64,000 nt of DNA, from contig NC_087437.1 of assembly GCF_036321535.1 (NCBI RefSeq), positions 83,268,001 through 83,332,000 on the forward strand, given 5' to 3'. The DNA is from Camelus dromedarius (lineage: Eukaryota). Within the stretch, counting starts at the first letter, position 1. Each line of letters opens with the position of its first letter. Both the position numbers and the translations under genes were made by a program. Below, piece after piece: positions 1-11,849 of this stretch. The notes below the pieces were generated by a model. It was not told the origin of the DNA. It saw nothing but the letters and a program-made list of their open reading frames with translations, and searched no databases.

Positions 1-1490
1 GTTTGCTTTAAACTGATAGTCACATAAGCTCAAACACATCCTAAAAGGAATGAAAAAAGGAAAAATATCTACATATTTTCTTGCTCCCCTCTCCCACTCT
101 TAATGATTTTGATATCCTGTTTTACATCTTTATGTTTATGGTATTGCAACTACTTATAGTTACTGCATTTCCAATTATAGTTTTCTCCTTTCTATAGCAT
201 CCTGCTTCTTTTCTATTTAGAGTAGACCTTTCAATATTTCTTTTAGAATAGGTTTGGTATTGCTGCATTATTTTAGTTTTTGCTTATCTGTGAAATTCTT
301 TATCTCTCCTTCTATTCTAAAAGATAGCCTTGCTAGATAGAGTTATCCTAGGTTGCAGCTTTTACTCATTCAGGACTTTGAATGTATCTTGCCACTACCT
401 TCTGGCCTACAATGTTTGTGTTGAGAAATCAGCTGAAATGTTCTGGGGGTTCCCTTGTAACTGACTCTTTGTTTTTCTCCTACTGCATTTAAAATTATTT
501 CTTTATCTTTAACTTTGGCCATCTTAATTATAATATGTCTTGGTGTAGGTCTATTTGGGTTCTTGTTGGGGAACTTCTGTGCTTCCTGTACTTGGATATC
601 TGATTCCTTCTTTAGGTTTGGGAAGGTTTCAGTCATGATTTCTTCACATACCTTTTCAATCCCCTTTTCTCTTTCTTCTCCTTCTGGTACCCCTATTATG
701 CATAGCTCAGGATGCTTTGTATTATCCCAAGAGTCCTTTATATTTCTTTCATGAGTTTTTACTTGGATTTCTGTCTGTTGTTCTGATTGGTTGATTTCTG
801 TTATCCTGTCTTCTGAGTCACTTATACATCCCTTTGCATTATCTAGTCTGCTTTAGACTGCCTTTAGCTCAGCTCTTATCTCAGCCATTGAGTTTTCTGT
901 TTTTAACTGGCTCCTCTTTGTAGCTACTATTTCCTTTTTATAGTATTCTGCAGGTTTATTAATAATCTCTTATTTTCTGCAGTGCTTTCATTATCCCCTT
1001 TGTGAAGTCATGATCTAGTAGATTATTGAAGTCTATTTTACTGATCATTCTTTCAGGGGACTTCTCTTGTTCTTTTAATTAAGAGTAGTTCCTCTGCTTC
1101 TTCATTTTACTTATATTTCTCTGGATCTATGGAATTAGGAGTACCAATTATCTACTGTGGTCTTGAAGGGCTGTTTTAGTTGTTTGTTTGTTTTTATTTA
1201 AAGTAGGAGTGTTCCTGTGTAGACTGTGCACATCTAATAGTTTTGTTGTGAGGGCTGTTCTTAGTATGAATGGTTGCCACGTCTTTCTTCCATGTGTGTT
1301 GGCTGCTATCCTTTTGATTGGGAGTGTGGCCGGTATTGTGGTGATCAGAGCTTGCCCTCATTGTAGAGCGGGGCCTCGTTTTTATTTTGTGATTGTCACA
1401 GCCCTGACAGGGGCCAGGTCTGTTCCCCTTTTGTTGGAATGGAGGCTTCCAGACTCATTTCTGAGCTGTGGTGCATGGTAGGTGGGGTTG
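1..1490 (-). mobile_element. Decayed LINE-1 5' portion (ORF1 C-terminal region, inter-ORF, 5'UTR remnant)
   Basis: Minus ORF 370-636 (FPNLKKESDIQVQEAQK..PNRPTPRHIIIKMAKVKDKE.IL..) is a typical L1 ORF1p segment; the + strand is T-rich. Confidence 0.9.
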
Positions 1491-2708
1491 GAGCACTTAA
1501 TGTACTCTTTGTTGATGCTGCCCTTGTCCCTACTTTAGCCACAAGAATGTCAGTGTCTACTAATGCATAAAGTATCTTTATGTCATCATATATATTTGTA
1601 CATATAAATGAAGGAAATATATTATATATACTTTTGGACATAGGTTAATGTGCTAAAATGTTAACAATTGTTTAATCTTGGCTAATAAAACCCACACCCA
1701 TTAATTGTATTATTTTTACCACTTTTCTATAGGTTTGAAGATTTTCAGAATAAATTTGGAGGAAAATATTATTGATCCACATCTTTCCTGCATCTTTGCC
1801 TTATCTCTCTGCCCACTTAACAACTCAGCTTCTTGAAAGTTATCCTCTCATGCTACTTTTACTTCTTTATGTTATGTATGATATGACTTACTGGATAAGT
1901 AAATGGATTCAGGAAACAGATACCCTGGGTCTGATTCCTGATCTCCACCTTAGTATTTCCTTGGACAAATGATGCAACCTGTCTATCCTTTATACTTTTA
2001 TAAGTGGGGTTATAGGAAGTTACAATTTAGTAAGGATAGTAAAAGTCTTAATAGATGTGCTGAATAGTTAAGTGAATACTGCTGAAAAGTTATTTGTAAG
2101 CTAAAGAAGGCCTAATGATAATTTAAACGAATATAAAAATGAAAGATTAGGCAAGGGACATAAATATATCAGTTATGTTTAATTTATTTAGTTGCAAATA
2201 AAGCATCTTTTCCAAATAAGCTAAAATAGTAAGAAGGTCTGTTGGATTATGCAAAGGAATGGTTTATTCCAGTGCCTCTGGGTCAGTTTCCCAATGAGTT
2301 GCTCAGCTATGCCCTCCTTTGTATATTGACTTCATCTCCAGGCTACTTTCCCTCTCGGTGGCAAAATGGATGTAGGCTGTGCTGGATTTCATATCCACAA
2401 ACCATGAGGTTTAGAGGGAGAAATACTACCTTTTTCATGGATCTCTTTTAAAGTAAAGGATACATACTTCCCAGAAACTTCCAGAAAATCACCTCTTCTT
2501 CTCATTGGCCTGAAATAAGTCACATACTATTCCCTTAACAGACTTCTGGGATTCAGTGGTGCTAAGTTTTAGGGGCAGGTGGTGCAGAAATACTTAACAA
2601 AAATTGTGTTATCCTTAGAAGAGGGAAACTAAATCAATGCATGCAAGTCAGATAACTAAAAATGTCCACTAATAGATGTTGGATACAGGATGTACAACCA
2701 TCTAATTC

Positions 2709-2890
2709 AGAGCTTCTCAAAACTTTGTATCTGTATTCCTTTTTGCTGGTGAAATGTTAGGACCCTAAAGAGCTTTTGTTTATATGGGTTATATCTATCA
2801 GTATTTATAATATTAGAAATTAAAACCAAGAAATACTAAATTTATTCAACTCAATTCAAAAATAAAAATAGTAAGCCTATTATATATTTA
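2709..2890. mobile_element. hAT-type DNA transposon remnant
   Basis: CAGAGCTTCTCAAA-like end and GGACCCTAAAGAGCTTTTGTTTATATGGGTTATATCTATC, recalled as an ancient hAT element; subfamily uncertain. Confidence 0.45.
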
Positions 2891-4795
2891 CTTCCATAAT
2901 TATATTAAAAACATAATATTGAAGGTAATATTCATTGAATGGCCAAATGTCTTAGGCACCTTCTTAAGTGTTGCTGCTATGAAATCAGTTATGACATGTT
3001 TGAAATTCACTGGAAGAAGATAGGTTTTCATTTTATTATCCAATATGACAATTTACTATTTTTTTCCTGAAGTTTTGCTCATATCTGTGCACCCCTCTCC
3101 TTTTAGAGTATTCTCCAGTGTCAGTTCTCCTCACCTAAAATATTAATTATTGAAGTTAGTTTCCTTGCTTCGGGTCTCTTTCCAGTAAGTTGCAAGATCA
3201 GGTTTCTGAAAGATACAATCATATTACTCTGCTACAGGAAGACTTCAGTGTTTGATTCCTGTAAGATAAATTCAGACTCCTTAGAGTGGAGTTTAAGATT
3301 CTCAGTAACCTGATCCCCTTCTAACATTTTTTCCCATATTCACCAACAGCTCTCACCGATAGTTTTGTCAACTTTCTGACTCTGTCCCATGGGTCACCTA
3401 TGTCATCCCCCACTCCCAGTACCACACTCTTTTCCATAAACATTGACTCTGGTCATGCCCGTTATTGTTTTTCTCCAAATATCAGAAAGTTTTTCCCATT
3501 TTTAAGGCACAGTTAACTTCTGATGCTCTTAAGCCTGAATATCCCAGGCTACAAGGATCTCCACTTTCTGAACTCCCAAGGATGTGGGGAAAATGCTGTA
3601 TTATTTCAAATTCTGGCTCAATCCAGATGACCTGGACAAACTTGGGCAAGGTCCTCAATATTTTAAAGAATGAGATTTTTACTGAGGAAAAGCATGAAAA
3701 ATCATGTCTAACTATTTAATAGTTAATATATATGAAAGGTTTAGCCTAGTGCCTAACAGATAATAGGTTCTCAGTAAATTATTTTTTTCTTTCTTAATTG
3801 CACATGTAGGATCAATAAATATTTTTGTTTATATATGTGTAATTTGCAATATTTTCTGCCTCATTTATGTTTGAACAACATCTCCAACTTTTTGTTAGAG
3901 CTATGCTTATATCAATACTTTTCACTGAAATCAGTCTATGTTAGTGGTATTCCTAATAACAAGGAATTCAAGTACTAATACCAGAGAGAAAAAAAAAAAA
4001 CTTTTATTTAACTAAAATCTTCAGGAATTACACTGTCATATATGCTGGACTACCAAACAAAAGAAACTACATGAAAATACCAAATATATAGGAATGTCAA
4101 TATAAGTAGCAGCATGTTCAACTACAGATGAATAAATCACCAATTACTCAGATACTCTGTTTTAGAGGACTTGATAGAAAATTAACTAACAATAAAGAAG
4201 AAAGTGTTGTTGATTAGAAGTTATGTATTGTGCATGAATTCATATTCAAATGTAATCTCTTAAATTCAAAATTGAGATTCAAATAGAAATATATAGTTTA
4301 CTTCTGTCATATGGTGTTGCTCAAGAGGGGATTAATTTTTGAGAACTTGTGATACAGAAGAATTTGTTAGATTATGCCTTCAGATTGCAGAAATTTGCCA
4401 ACAATATTAAGTGGAGGCAACCTGTGTTTATAATGACTTCTATTCCTAGGGTTTGTTGGATTTGCTGAAAATTGTTAACTCATTGTACTCTGAAATGAAT
4501 AGTAAAGGGTAGAACTGTAGAACTAATTACACTGTGACACAATTTTTGACATCAAGAATAATTATTTAGTTCACCCCTAATGAAACCTAGTAACTTAGAT
4601 TTTGAAATATGCTTTAGCAGAATAACTCCTTTTTGAACTTGTTTATCTGACTCATACACCACTCATGTGTTAATAATTTATTACTTTATGTATCAAGTTA
4701 CGATTTTCTACTTTCTCACTATTCCTTGGTTTTGAAAAGAGTTTTAATCAAATCAAAATCAGTTGTCCACATAGCATGATAATTGTTTCAGAACA

Positions 4796-5722
4796 TTATG
4801 ACATCTTCATAATTTTTTTCATAACATTTATTACTTCCTTATTTCTTAGACTGTAAATAAAGGGGTTCAATAAAGGAATCACTAAAGTATAAAAAATAGC
4901 AACAGGTATATCTTTATCATCTTCATTAACTGAATTTGGTCGAATGTACATGAAGAGAAGAGAACCATAGAATATTGAGACAGAGAGAAAGTGGGATGCA
5001 CAAGTAGATAAGGCTTTCCTTCTTCCTTCTTTGGATTTCATTTTGAAAATCGTGTGAAGAATGAAAAGGTAAGAGATTACTACTATGGTAATAGTTAAGA
5101 TTTGAATTGACCCTCCAAAGATAAATATCATTAATTCATTGATATAAGGGTCAACACAGGAGAGTCTGTATAATGGAAGAACATCACAAAAAAAGTGATT
5201 GATTTGATGGGGCCCACAGTACGTTAACCTAAATAGAAGGCTTATATGAATCATGGAATGCATGTTTCCAGCTATGTAGGCCCCTGTTGTCATCTGAATG
5301 CAGAGTTTCTTTGACATCATGGTGTGGTACTGCAGTGGGTTACATATGGCCACAAAACGATCATAGGCCATTGCTGCCAGGAGAAAGGAGTCTGTGCTTT
5401 CAGCAAGACAGAGAAAGTAAAATTGTGCCATGCATTCATAGAGGGAAATCATTCTGTCCTTAGAAAAGAAATTCTGTAACATCTTGGGAGTAATGGCACA
5501 GGAACAGCAGGAATCCATCAAAGCGAGGTTACCAAGAAAGATGTACATTGGTGTGTGAAGACGACTTTCCATAAATATCAATGCCACCAGGCCGAGATTC
5601 CCCACCATAGTGATCAGATAGTTGGCAAGGAACACCAGAACCAGAAGAGTCTTCAGCTCTGGGTGATCTGTGAATCCTGTGAGGATAAACTCTGTTGTCA
5701 AGGAGTGGTTATCCTCTGTCAT
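4796..5722 (-). CDS. Olfactory receptor, family 5 subfamily K-like, intact (308 aa)
   Basis: ATG to TAA ORF with OR motifs [27 protein letters not shown] and [12 protein letters not shown], plus an N-glycosylation sequon NHS. The segment [19 protein letters not shown] is characteristic of OR5K. The exact paralog cannot be assigned. Confidence 0.95.
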   Translation of the reverse strand: MTEDNHSLTTEFILTGFTDHPELKTLLVLVFLANYLITMVGNLGLVALIFMESRLHTPMYIFLGNLALMDSCCSCAITPKMLQNFFSKDRMISLYECMAQFYFLCLAESTDSFLLAAMAYDRFVAICNPLQYHTMMSKKLCIQMTTGAYIAGNMHSMIHISLLFRLTYCGPHQINHFFCDVLPLYRLSCVDPYINELMIFIFGGSIQILTITIVVISYLFILHTIFKMKSKEGRRKALSTCASHFLSVSIFYGSLLFMYIRPNSVNEDDKDIPVAIFYTLVIPLLNPFIYSLRNKEVINVMKKIMKMS

Positions 5723-5760
5723 CTCTACTTTGTCTGTTGAGATAACAATTATGGAGATAA
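5723..5760 (-). promoter_or_regulatory. Splice acceptor of the OR5K coding exon
   Basis: Minus strand reads ttatctccataattgttatctcaacAG|acaaagtagagATG, so the exon would start at 5733. Confidence 0.7.
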
Positions 5761-6757
5761 AAGATTCTAATTTAGAACGTGTATAATTTTATTTTCAAAT
5801 TTTTCTTTTTACAACAAGGAGAGGAACTTTCTCTTTAGCCTCTCCTACTGTCTCTTTGATACAAACACACATACTCTAGGGCACATTTGCTCCCCTAACA
5901 TGTCAGCCTCTATGACTTCAAATCTGAAACTCAGGATTCATGAGACTGTTTTGATAATTCCAGGGAGGATGCTTTTGGTGGAAAAGTTTGTCTATATGAA
6001 TTTATATAAGCATAGTGTCCAAATTTAGGGTACCCACATTTGGTTCAGTATTCTTAAATAAGTTCAGTGTCAGTATTTATATTAAAGATTTTTAAAAATA
6101 AATTTAAAATCATTTTTTCTTTATATACGTGTTTTTTTCATTGAGCAAAAGGTTTTTGTATACTCTCCCAGTGGAGGACCTGTTTGAAAAAATGCGTACA
6201 ATAGATGTGTTAAAGTTGTATCTTAGGAATTGCTTGAAGATCAGTAAGATTAAGGAGAGGGCTATTCAGTTTTAAAAACAGTAATCCTGGATAGCTGAGG
6301 AATTACATATCCACTGATTATCAACTCTTTTATTCCTTTTCCCAGTGTCATACCCATTTCCATAAACACTGACTCTGTCTGTGATTATTTCTGTTGATTT
6401 TGCCCGTATATCTAAATCATTTCCTCTTTATATAAAACATAATTTATAAATAATGAAAATTTTAAAAATTTAATTAAATGCCCCAGACTACACTGATCTC
6501 CATTTTCTCTACTTTCAAGCATGTTGCATACTCAACACAATCTAGAACTCCTTATGTATAATCCACATTTCTTTTTTATATGTGAGTAGACAATTTCCTT
6601 ATTAAATTATTAGCACTTTGAGGTTAACTACTGACTTATACTCCTTATAACAGCTGTACAGTGCTGTGGGGAAAAACCAGTCTTGATTCCAGTTCTGCCT
6701 CCACTCCAGTGAGCTAGGATGTGTGAACTTGTTTCCAGTGTCCAATCAATGACTCTT

Positions 6758-7172
6758 CTTTTTTTAAATCTTTTTTTTAAATTGAAGTATAGTCAGTTAC
6801 AATGTATCAATTTCTGGTGTACAGCATAATGTCTCAGTCATACACATGACTTCTACTATTTTTCTGATTCTAAGAACATATACATGTGTTCATTTTCATA
6901 ATTTTTTTCATTAAAGGTTATTACAAGATATTGAATATAGTTCCCAGTACTATACAGAAGGAATTTATTTTTAATCTATTTTTATATATAGTGGTTAACC
7001 TTTGCAAATCTCAAACTCCCAGATTTATCCCTTCCCAAGCCCTTTCCCCGAGTAACCATAAAGTTATTTACTATGTCTGCTGGTCTGTTTCTGTTTTGTA
7101 GATGAGTTTATTAGTGTCCTCTTTTTTCTTTTTTTTTTTTTTAGATTCCACATATGAGTGATATCGTATGGT
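6758..7172 (-). mobile_element. 5'-truncated L1 3' end
   Basis: Poly-T followed by ATTGAAGTATAGTCAGTTACAATG...TTAGATTCCACATATGAGTG; same 3'UTR type as 17355, 37410 and 43482. Confidence 0.85.
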
Positions 7173-7279
7173 ATGACCTCTTTGGTGGTCCTACCAATGA
7201 TCCTGTTGACCTCTTCTAAAAATTGAACCTGTTAATTTTGAAGAAGAGGCTGCAGAGAAAATTATTCAAACTTATCATT

Positions 7280-8360
7280 TAAAAATTAAGGATCAATATC
7301 CAGAATATGTAAGAAACTCATACAACTGAACAGTAAAAGTACAATCTGATTTTAAAATGGGCAGAAGAACTAAGACATTTTTCCAAAAGACATTCAAATG
7401 GTCAACAGGTACATGAAAAGATGTTCAACATCACTAATCATTAGGAAAATGAAAATCAAACCACAGTGAGATACCACCTCACATCCATCAGCATGCCTAT
7501 CATCAAGAAGGTAAGAAATAACAAGCATTGGCAAAGATATGGAGAAAAGGGAGCTGTTGTGCACTGTTGGTGGGAATGTAAATTGGTTCAGCCACTATGG
7601 ATAATATTGAGGCTCCTCAAAAAATTAAAAATAAAACATATGATCCCTCAGTTACTCTTCTGGGTATATACTCAAAGGAAAAAAACAAGTTATTAAAGGG
7701 ATATCTGCACTCTGCTGTTTATTGCAAAATTACCCAAAATAGGTGAGATACAGAGACACAAAGTGCCTGTCATAGTATGAATAAATCAATAAACTATGGT
7801 ATACACACACATACACACACAGTTGAATATTATTCAGCCAAGAGAATGATACCCTGCTATTTGTAACAACATAGATGGACCTTGAGGACATTATGCTAAG
7901 TGAAATAAGTCAGATTGAGAAAGACAGATACTGTATGATGTAACTTACATGTGGATCTAAAAAAGCCAAATTCATTAAAACAGTAAAATGGTGGTTACCA
8001 GGGGATAAGGAGTGAGAGAATAGGAGTTAAGTTGTTTAACAAACTTGAAATTAATGGATAAATAAGTCTTGGAATCTAATGCACAGTATAGTATGTAGAC
8101 AAAAATATTTTATTATAATCATTAAAACTGCTAAGAGACTAGATCTTAATTATTCCCACCATAAAAAGGAAATGACAATTATGTGATGTGATAGGGTGCT
8201 AATTAATGTTACAGTGACAATTGTATTACCATAAACAAATGTACCAAATGTGACAATTGTATTACCATAAACAAATGTACCAAATCCTTACATGTGATAT
8301 ATGTTAAACTTACACAGTGTTTTATGATAAATAATACTGTGTATATATATTTAATCAAAA
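7280..8360 (+). mobile_element. L1 ORF2 C-terminus and 3'UTR
   Basis: ORF 7466-7696 carries MRYHLT...HCWWECKLVQPLW, the L1 ORF2p Cys-rich tail, followed by 3'UTR. Confidence 0.9.
8214..8285 (+). repeat. Perfect 36-bp tandem duplication
   Basis: GTGACAATTGTATTACCATAAACAAATGTACCAAAT occurs twice (8214-8249, 8250-8285). Confidence 0.95.
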
Positions 8361-8369
8361 AATAGGTTT

Positions 8370-8470
8370 CCTTTTTTAATCTACTTATTTATTTTAATGG
8401 AGGTACTGAGGATTGAACCCTGGACCTTGTGCATGCTAAACATGCATTCTACCACTGAACTATACCCTCT
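8370..8470 (-). mobile_element. tRNA-derived SINE (camelid Vic-1-like)
   Basis: Minus strand reads GAGGGTATAGTTCAGTGGTAGAATGCATG...CAGGGTTCAATCCTCAGTACCTCC (A/B boxes), then an A-rich tail. TSD AAAATAGGTTT at 8359-8369 and 8472-8482. Confidence 0.9.
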
Positions 8471-8599
8471 CAAAATAGGTTTTTTGTTTGTTTGTTTTGT
8501 ACTTCTTTCATCTGAGTTGACTGTTCTACTATTTTTCTGATTCTAAGAAAATTATAAGATTTTCTGAATTATATCTCAGTAGATTAAAAGCTAATAATA

Positions 8600-9460
8600 A
8601 AAGTAAGCTTACCTTTATACTTTAGTTTTTCAAACACTCAGAAGATAAAACTCTTTAAATGTTAATACAATTTTTGAAAATTAATTTTGTTTTCCTTTAA
8701 AAGGCCAATCTCTACAATTATTTAGTGATCCACTAGGACTATATATAAATCATATAAATCTATGGTCATATAATCATATAAATCTATGGTCAAAATAGTT
8801 TTATTTTTCCATAATCAAAACATCAAAGTAAAGGCCCCAATTGAAAAATTTATTTATTTGTTTTAAAATACTAAAAATAAGCCATTTAATTATTCAGCTA
8901 AATCAGAAAAATGTTCAGTGTAAATGCTTAAATTATTGAACAAAGTTACTTTGTGTCCTTACCTATTTTGAAGTTCCACCTTAATCAAAAAAGTCCAGCA
9001 TGAATTGCAGTTTGAATCTCATCCTAGTTTCCCATAGCCTTTGGTTCTGAAAAGAGCTAGAAAGATAACTTGAGTAGTTGAACTCTAACAGCAACAAAAT
9101 GATGCTTAATAATTCAGATGAATACATAATAATGGGCTCTAATATTAAAAGTAAAAATTAATTAGAATACTTCCCTTACCTAGATTCCACTGAAAAATAT
9201 TTTGTAGCCATTTATGTTTGCTTCTTGGTCTTAGGTCTCATAGAATTTCAGAATATAAACTTTGGTCTCTAAGACATTTGGGATTAAAAGAAGGAAAATC
9301 TAGGAGACTACTAATAGGCCAGAGTCAATAATTATGTTCCTTACAATGCACAGTTAAAATTTTCCATCAAATCCTAAGGGATTTCCCGGCACTGATATCC
9401 ATGTATTTCTGTGGGGAGAGTCAATCCCCTGCACATATAAAGATGCCCTGTGAGACAACA
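8600..9460 (-). promoter_or_regulatory. Candidate OR5K promoter and 5' non-coding exons
   Basis: Repeat-free AT-rich block with three minus-strand AG|GTAAG donors (CTTACCT at 8608, 8958, 9175), an O/E(Ebf)-like TCCTAAGGGA at 9372-9381 and TAATTA near 9329. Confidence 0.5.
8748..8792 (+). repeat. Short tandem duplication, period 24
   Basis: AATCATATAAATCTATGGTCA at 8748-8768 and 8772-8792. Confidence 0.9.
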
Positions 9461-10959
9461 AGGTTAAAGCAAATCACCTTCACTAAGGTCACTAAGGTCA
9501 GGTTATTTGATGACCACCTTGCTGATTATTATGTATCTGACCTCATTTTAAAATTCTGTTTACTTTTGCATAAATTTAAAATGAGCAAAAAACAGTCTCA
9601 TGTTAACTTGGCCTTTTACTGGAGGAATTAATAGTTTATGAAAGATAATTAGAATTTTTAGAAGAGACTCAAAAGTGTGGTAGCTTCAGCCAGGGTCATC
9701 AGCTTTACTCTGTGAGTTGGGTTTGTCCCGATATCCTGCAAAAACCTCATTGGAAACTCTGATATTATTATTTATTACCACATATGAATTACTGAGATGG
9801 TTCTCCTCTCTTTTTAGTTTACCCCAGCTGCCTTTATATTTTTTACTCTGTTTTTTCCCCTTTCATTCCACTGATCACCTTCAATATGCTATGTTTCATT
9901 TGTTAGTACATTTATAATCAGTCACTCCTTCCCTCCCAACCACCATTAGCATTTGGCTTAAGAGGGATGGGATTTCTCTATTATGTTCATTCATATGTTT
10001 CTAACACCCTGAATAATATGTCACACTTTATAGTACTCAACAAATATGTGTTCAATTAGTGAAAAAAATACTTCCCTGCTCAAGAATTTGAAACAGTCAT
10101 TAGTTTTCAAACAAATCCATTTTCCTTATTTTGCTTTCCAGATGCTCCACAGTCTGTCTGTGTCTTACCTATCAGTCACCTTGCTTTCTTCCTCTTACTT
10201 CAAGGCATGTGGCCATATGCATCCATTCACTGTTCCTCTGTGCACCTGCTTCATTAATTTGCTCATGTTTCCCTCACTGGAAACAACTTCTTCTCACTGT
10301 CTTTCCTCTCAGTACTACTCATTCTTGATCTCCAGTCAGGCCTCCTCCTTGATGACTGTCCTAAGTCCTTTAAATTAAGTTGACTTTTCCTTTTCCTGAT
10401 CTGCATGATACTTACCTGTTTTTGTAATGCATTTGCCACTTTTTCAAGTGTGACTTGTATGTGTCTTGATTGTAAACATCTTGACTAAATATACTTAAGT
10501 CACCATGTCACTGACTATGTCATATATATTTTGGGCCCTTGTCAACAAACTGAGCTCAATCTTTAGTGTGTGCTTTTTTGATTTTTAAAATTTCAGTTCT
10601 GTTTAACCTTAAGTGGTTGCAATAGACAGGGTATTAGAAAAGAGAATTGTTAGAGTGAGCATAGGATGTGAGCGTGGGGAGTAAGACCTTCGCAGGTTCT
10701 AAAAATGCTTCCGATAACAAGCTCATAATCTAGTGACTAGAAAGGCACGTTGCTAACTAGCAGGTAATTCAAGATGTGATATACAAAAGTATAAGTATGT
10801 TATACAAAAATATGGTGAAAGAAGTGAGTGGTGACCTGGTAGAAAAAAAGAAAGATTTCTAAATGGAAGTGTCATTTCAGATGAATTTTGTAGGTACATG
10901 AGGACTTCATAAGCAAAGCATATGAAGAATTAGTATGAGGGAATCACATGATAAAAGCC

Positions 10960-11760
10960 TGGAAGCTTGGAATAACAAGACCTGAATTGTATTCAGGTGA
11001 TCCATAGGCATTCATTGGTACTCCCTTGCATAAATTTGATGGTAAATAGACAAATGTAACAACCAGGACTGAAAAGGGCATAGTGATTAAAGGCTCAGAT
11101 CCCTGGGGATCTTAATTCTGGATCATCCTCCCATGTTACTCTCCTAGTACAGCAGAGGTATTAGACAAAGGTGAAAGGAGTCAAGAGGAGAAAGATGGAT
11201 ATTAGTGTGACTCTGAGACTAACTGCAACAGTTGAAACCGCAGGTGTCTAATTAACTATCTTGTAAGGTTCTCCAGAAAAAGAGCAAGACCCAAATCCTG
11301 GCTTTCCCAGAACTTATAAGAAATAAGAAGCTCTGAGCAGTATAATAGGTGGCCAATAATGGATCTGTGATTTACAGCCTAGATCCTACCTATTTCCACA
11401 GCAGTAAGAGTGCTAATGACTCCTCTCTTCTGAGTCCCTTTCTAGGAAATAGTCTTAGCTGAAGATAAATGTCTTATGAAGGTCAAATTCCTTACTTGAG
11501 GCATCCAATGATTGTTTTGCGGAAGATATAAATTCCAGACCCCTGACTTAAGGCATGGAAACTTTGAAGGAACATCCCAAACCTCTTTTTCTCCATGGGT
11601 TGGCTAAGGTCTTTGTTGTGACTAAATTCAATATCCTTTAATCAATCTTACGTCTTTCATTTCCTCAGTAAGTATTGAGCCTAAGGTCATTCCCCAACAA
11701 GCTTCTTACATGCACATCTCCATCTCAGAGTCTGTTTCTTGGGTATCTCAAATTAAACAA
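10960..11760 (+). mobile_element. Ancient ERVL internal fragment plus LTR16-like LTR
   Basis: Ends ...CATCTCCATCTCAGAGTCTGTTTCTTGGG..AAATTAAACA, resembling LTR16 3' ends; preceded by ERVL-like internal sequence. Confidence 0.55.
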
Positions 11761-11849
11761 GTTGCTACAGAACAACAACAAAAAATCACAAGGTCAGATG
11801 GCACAATTAACCTTACCTCTCAAAGATGAACTGTTAAAGAAGTAGTATA

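Noticed and set aside
8214..8285. CRISPR-like 36-bp repeat
   Set aside because: Two adjacent copies with no spacer, in mammalian L1 sequence.
8395..8470. tRNA genes (also 18300-18376)
   Set aside because: A/B boxes followed by an A-rich tail and flanked by TSDs indicate SINEs.
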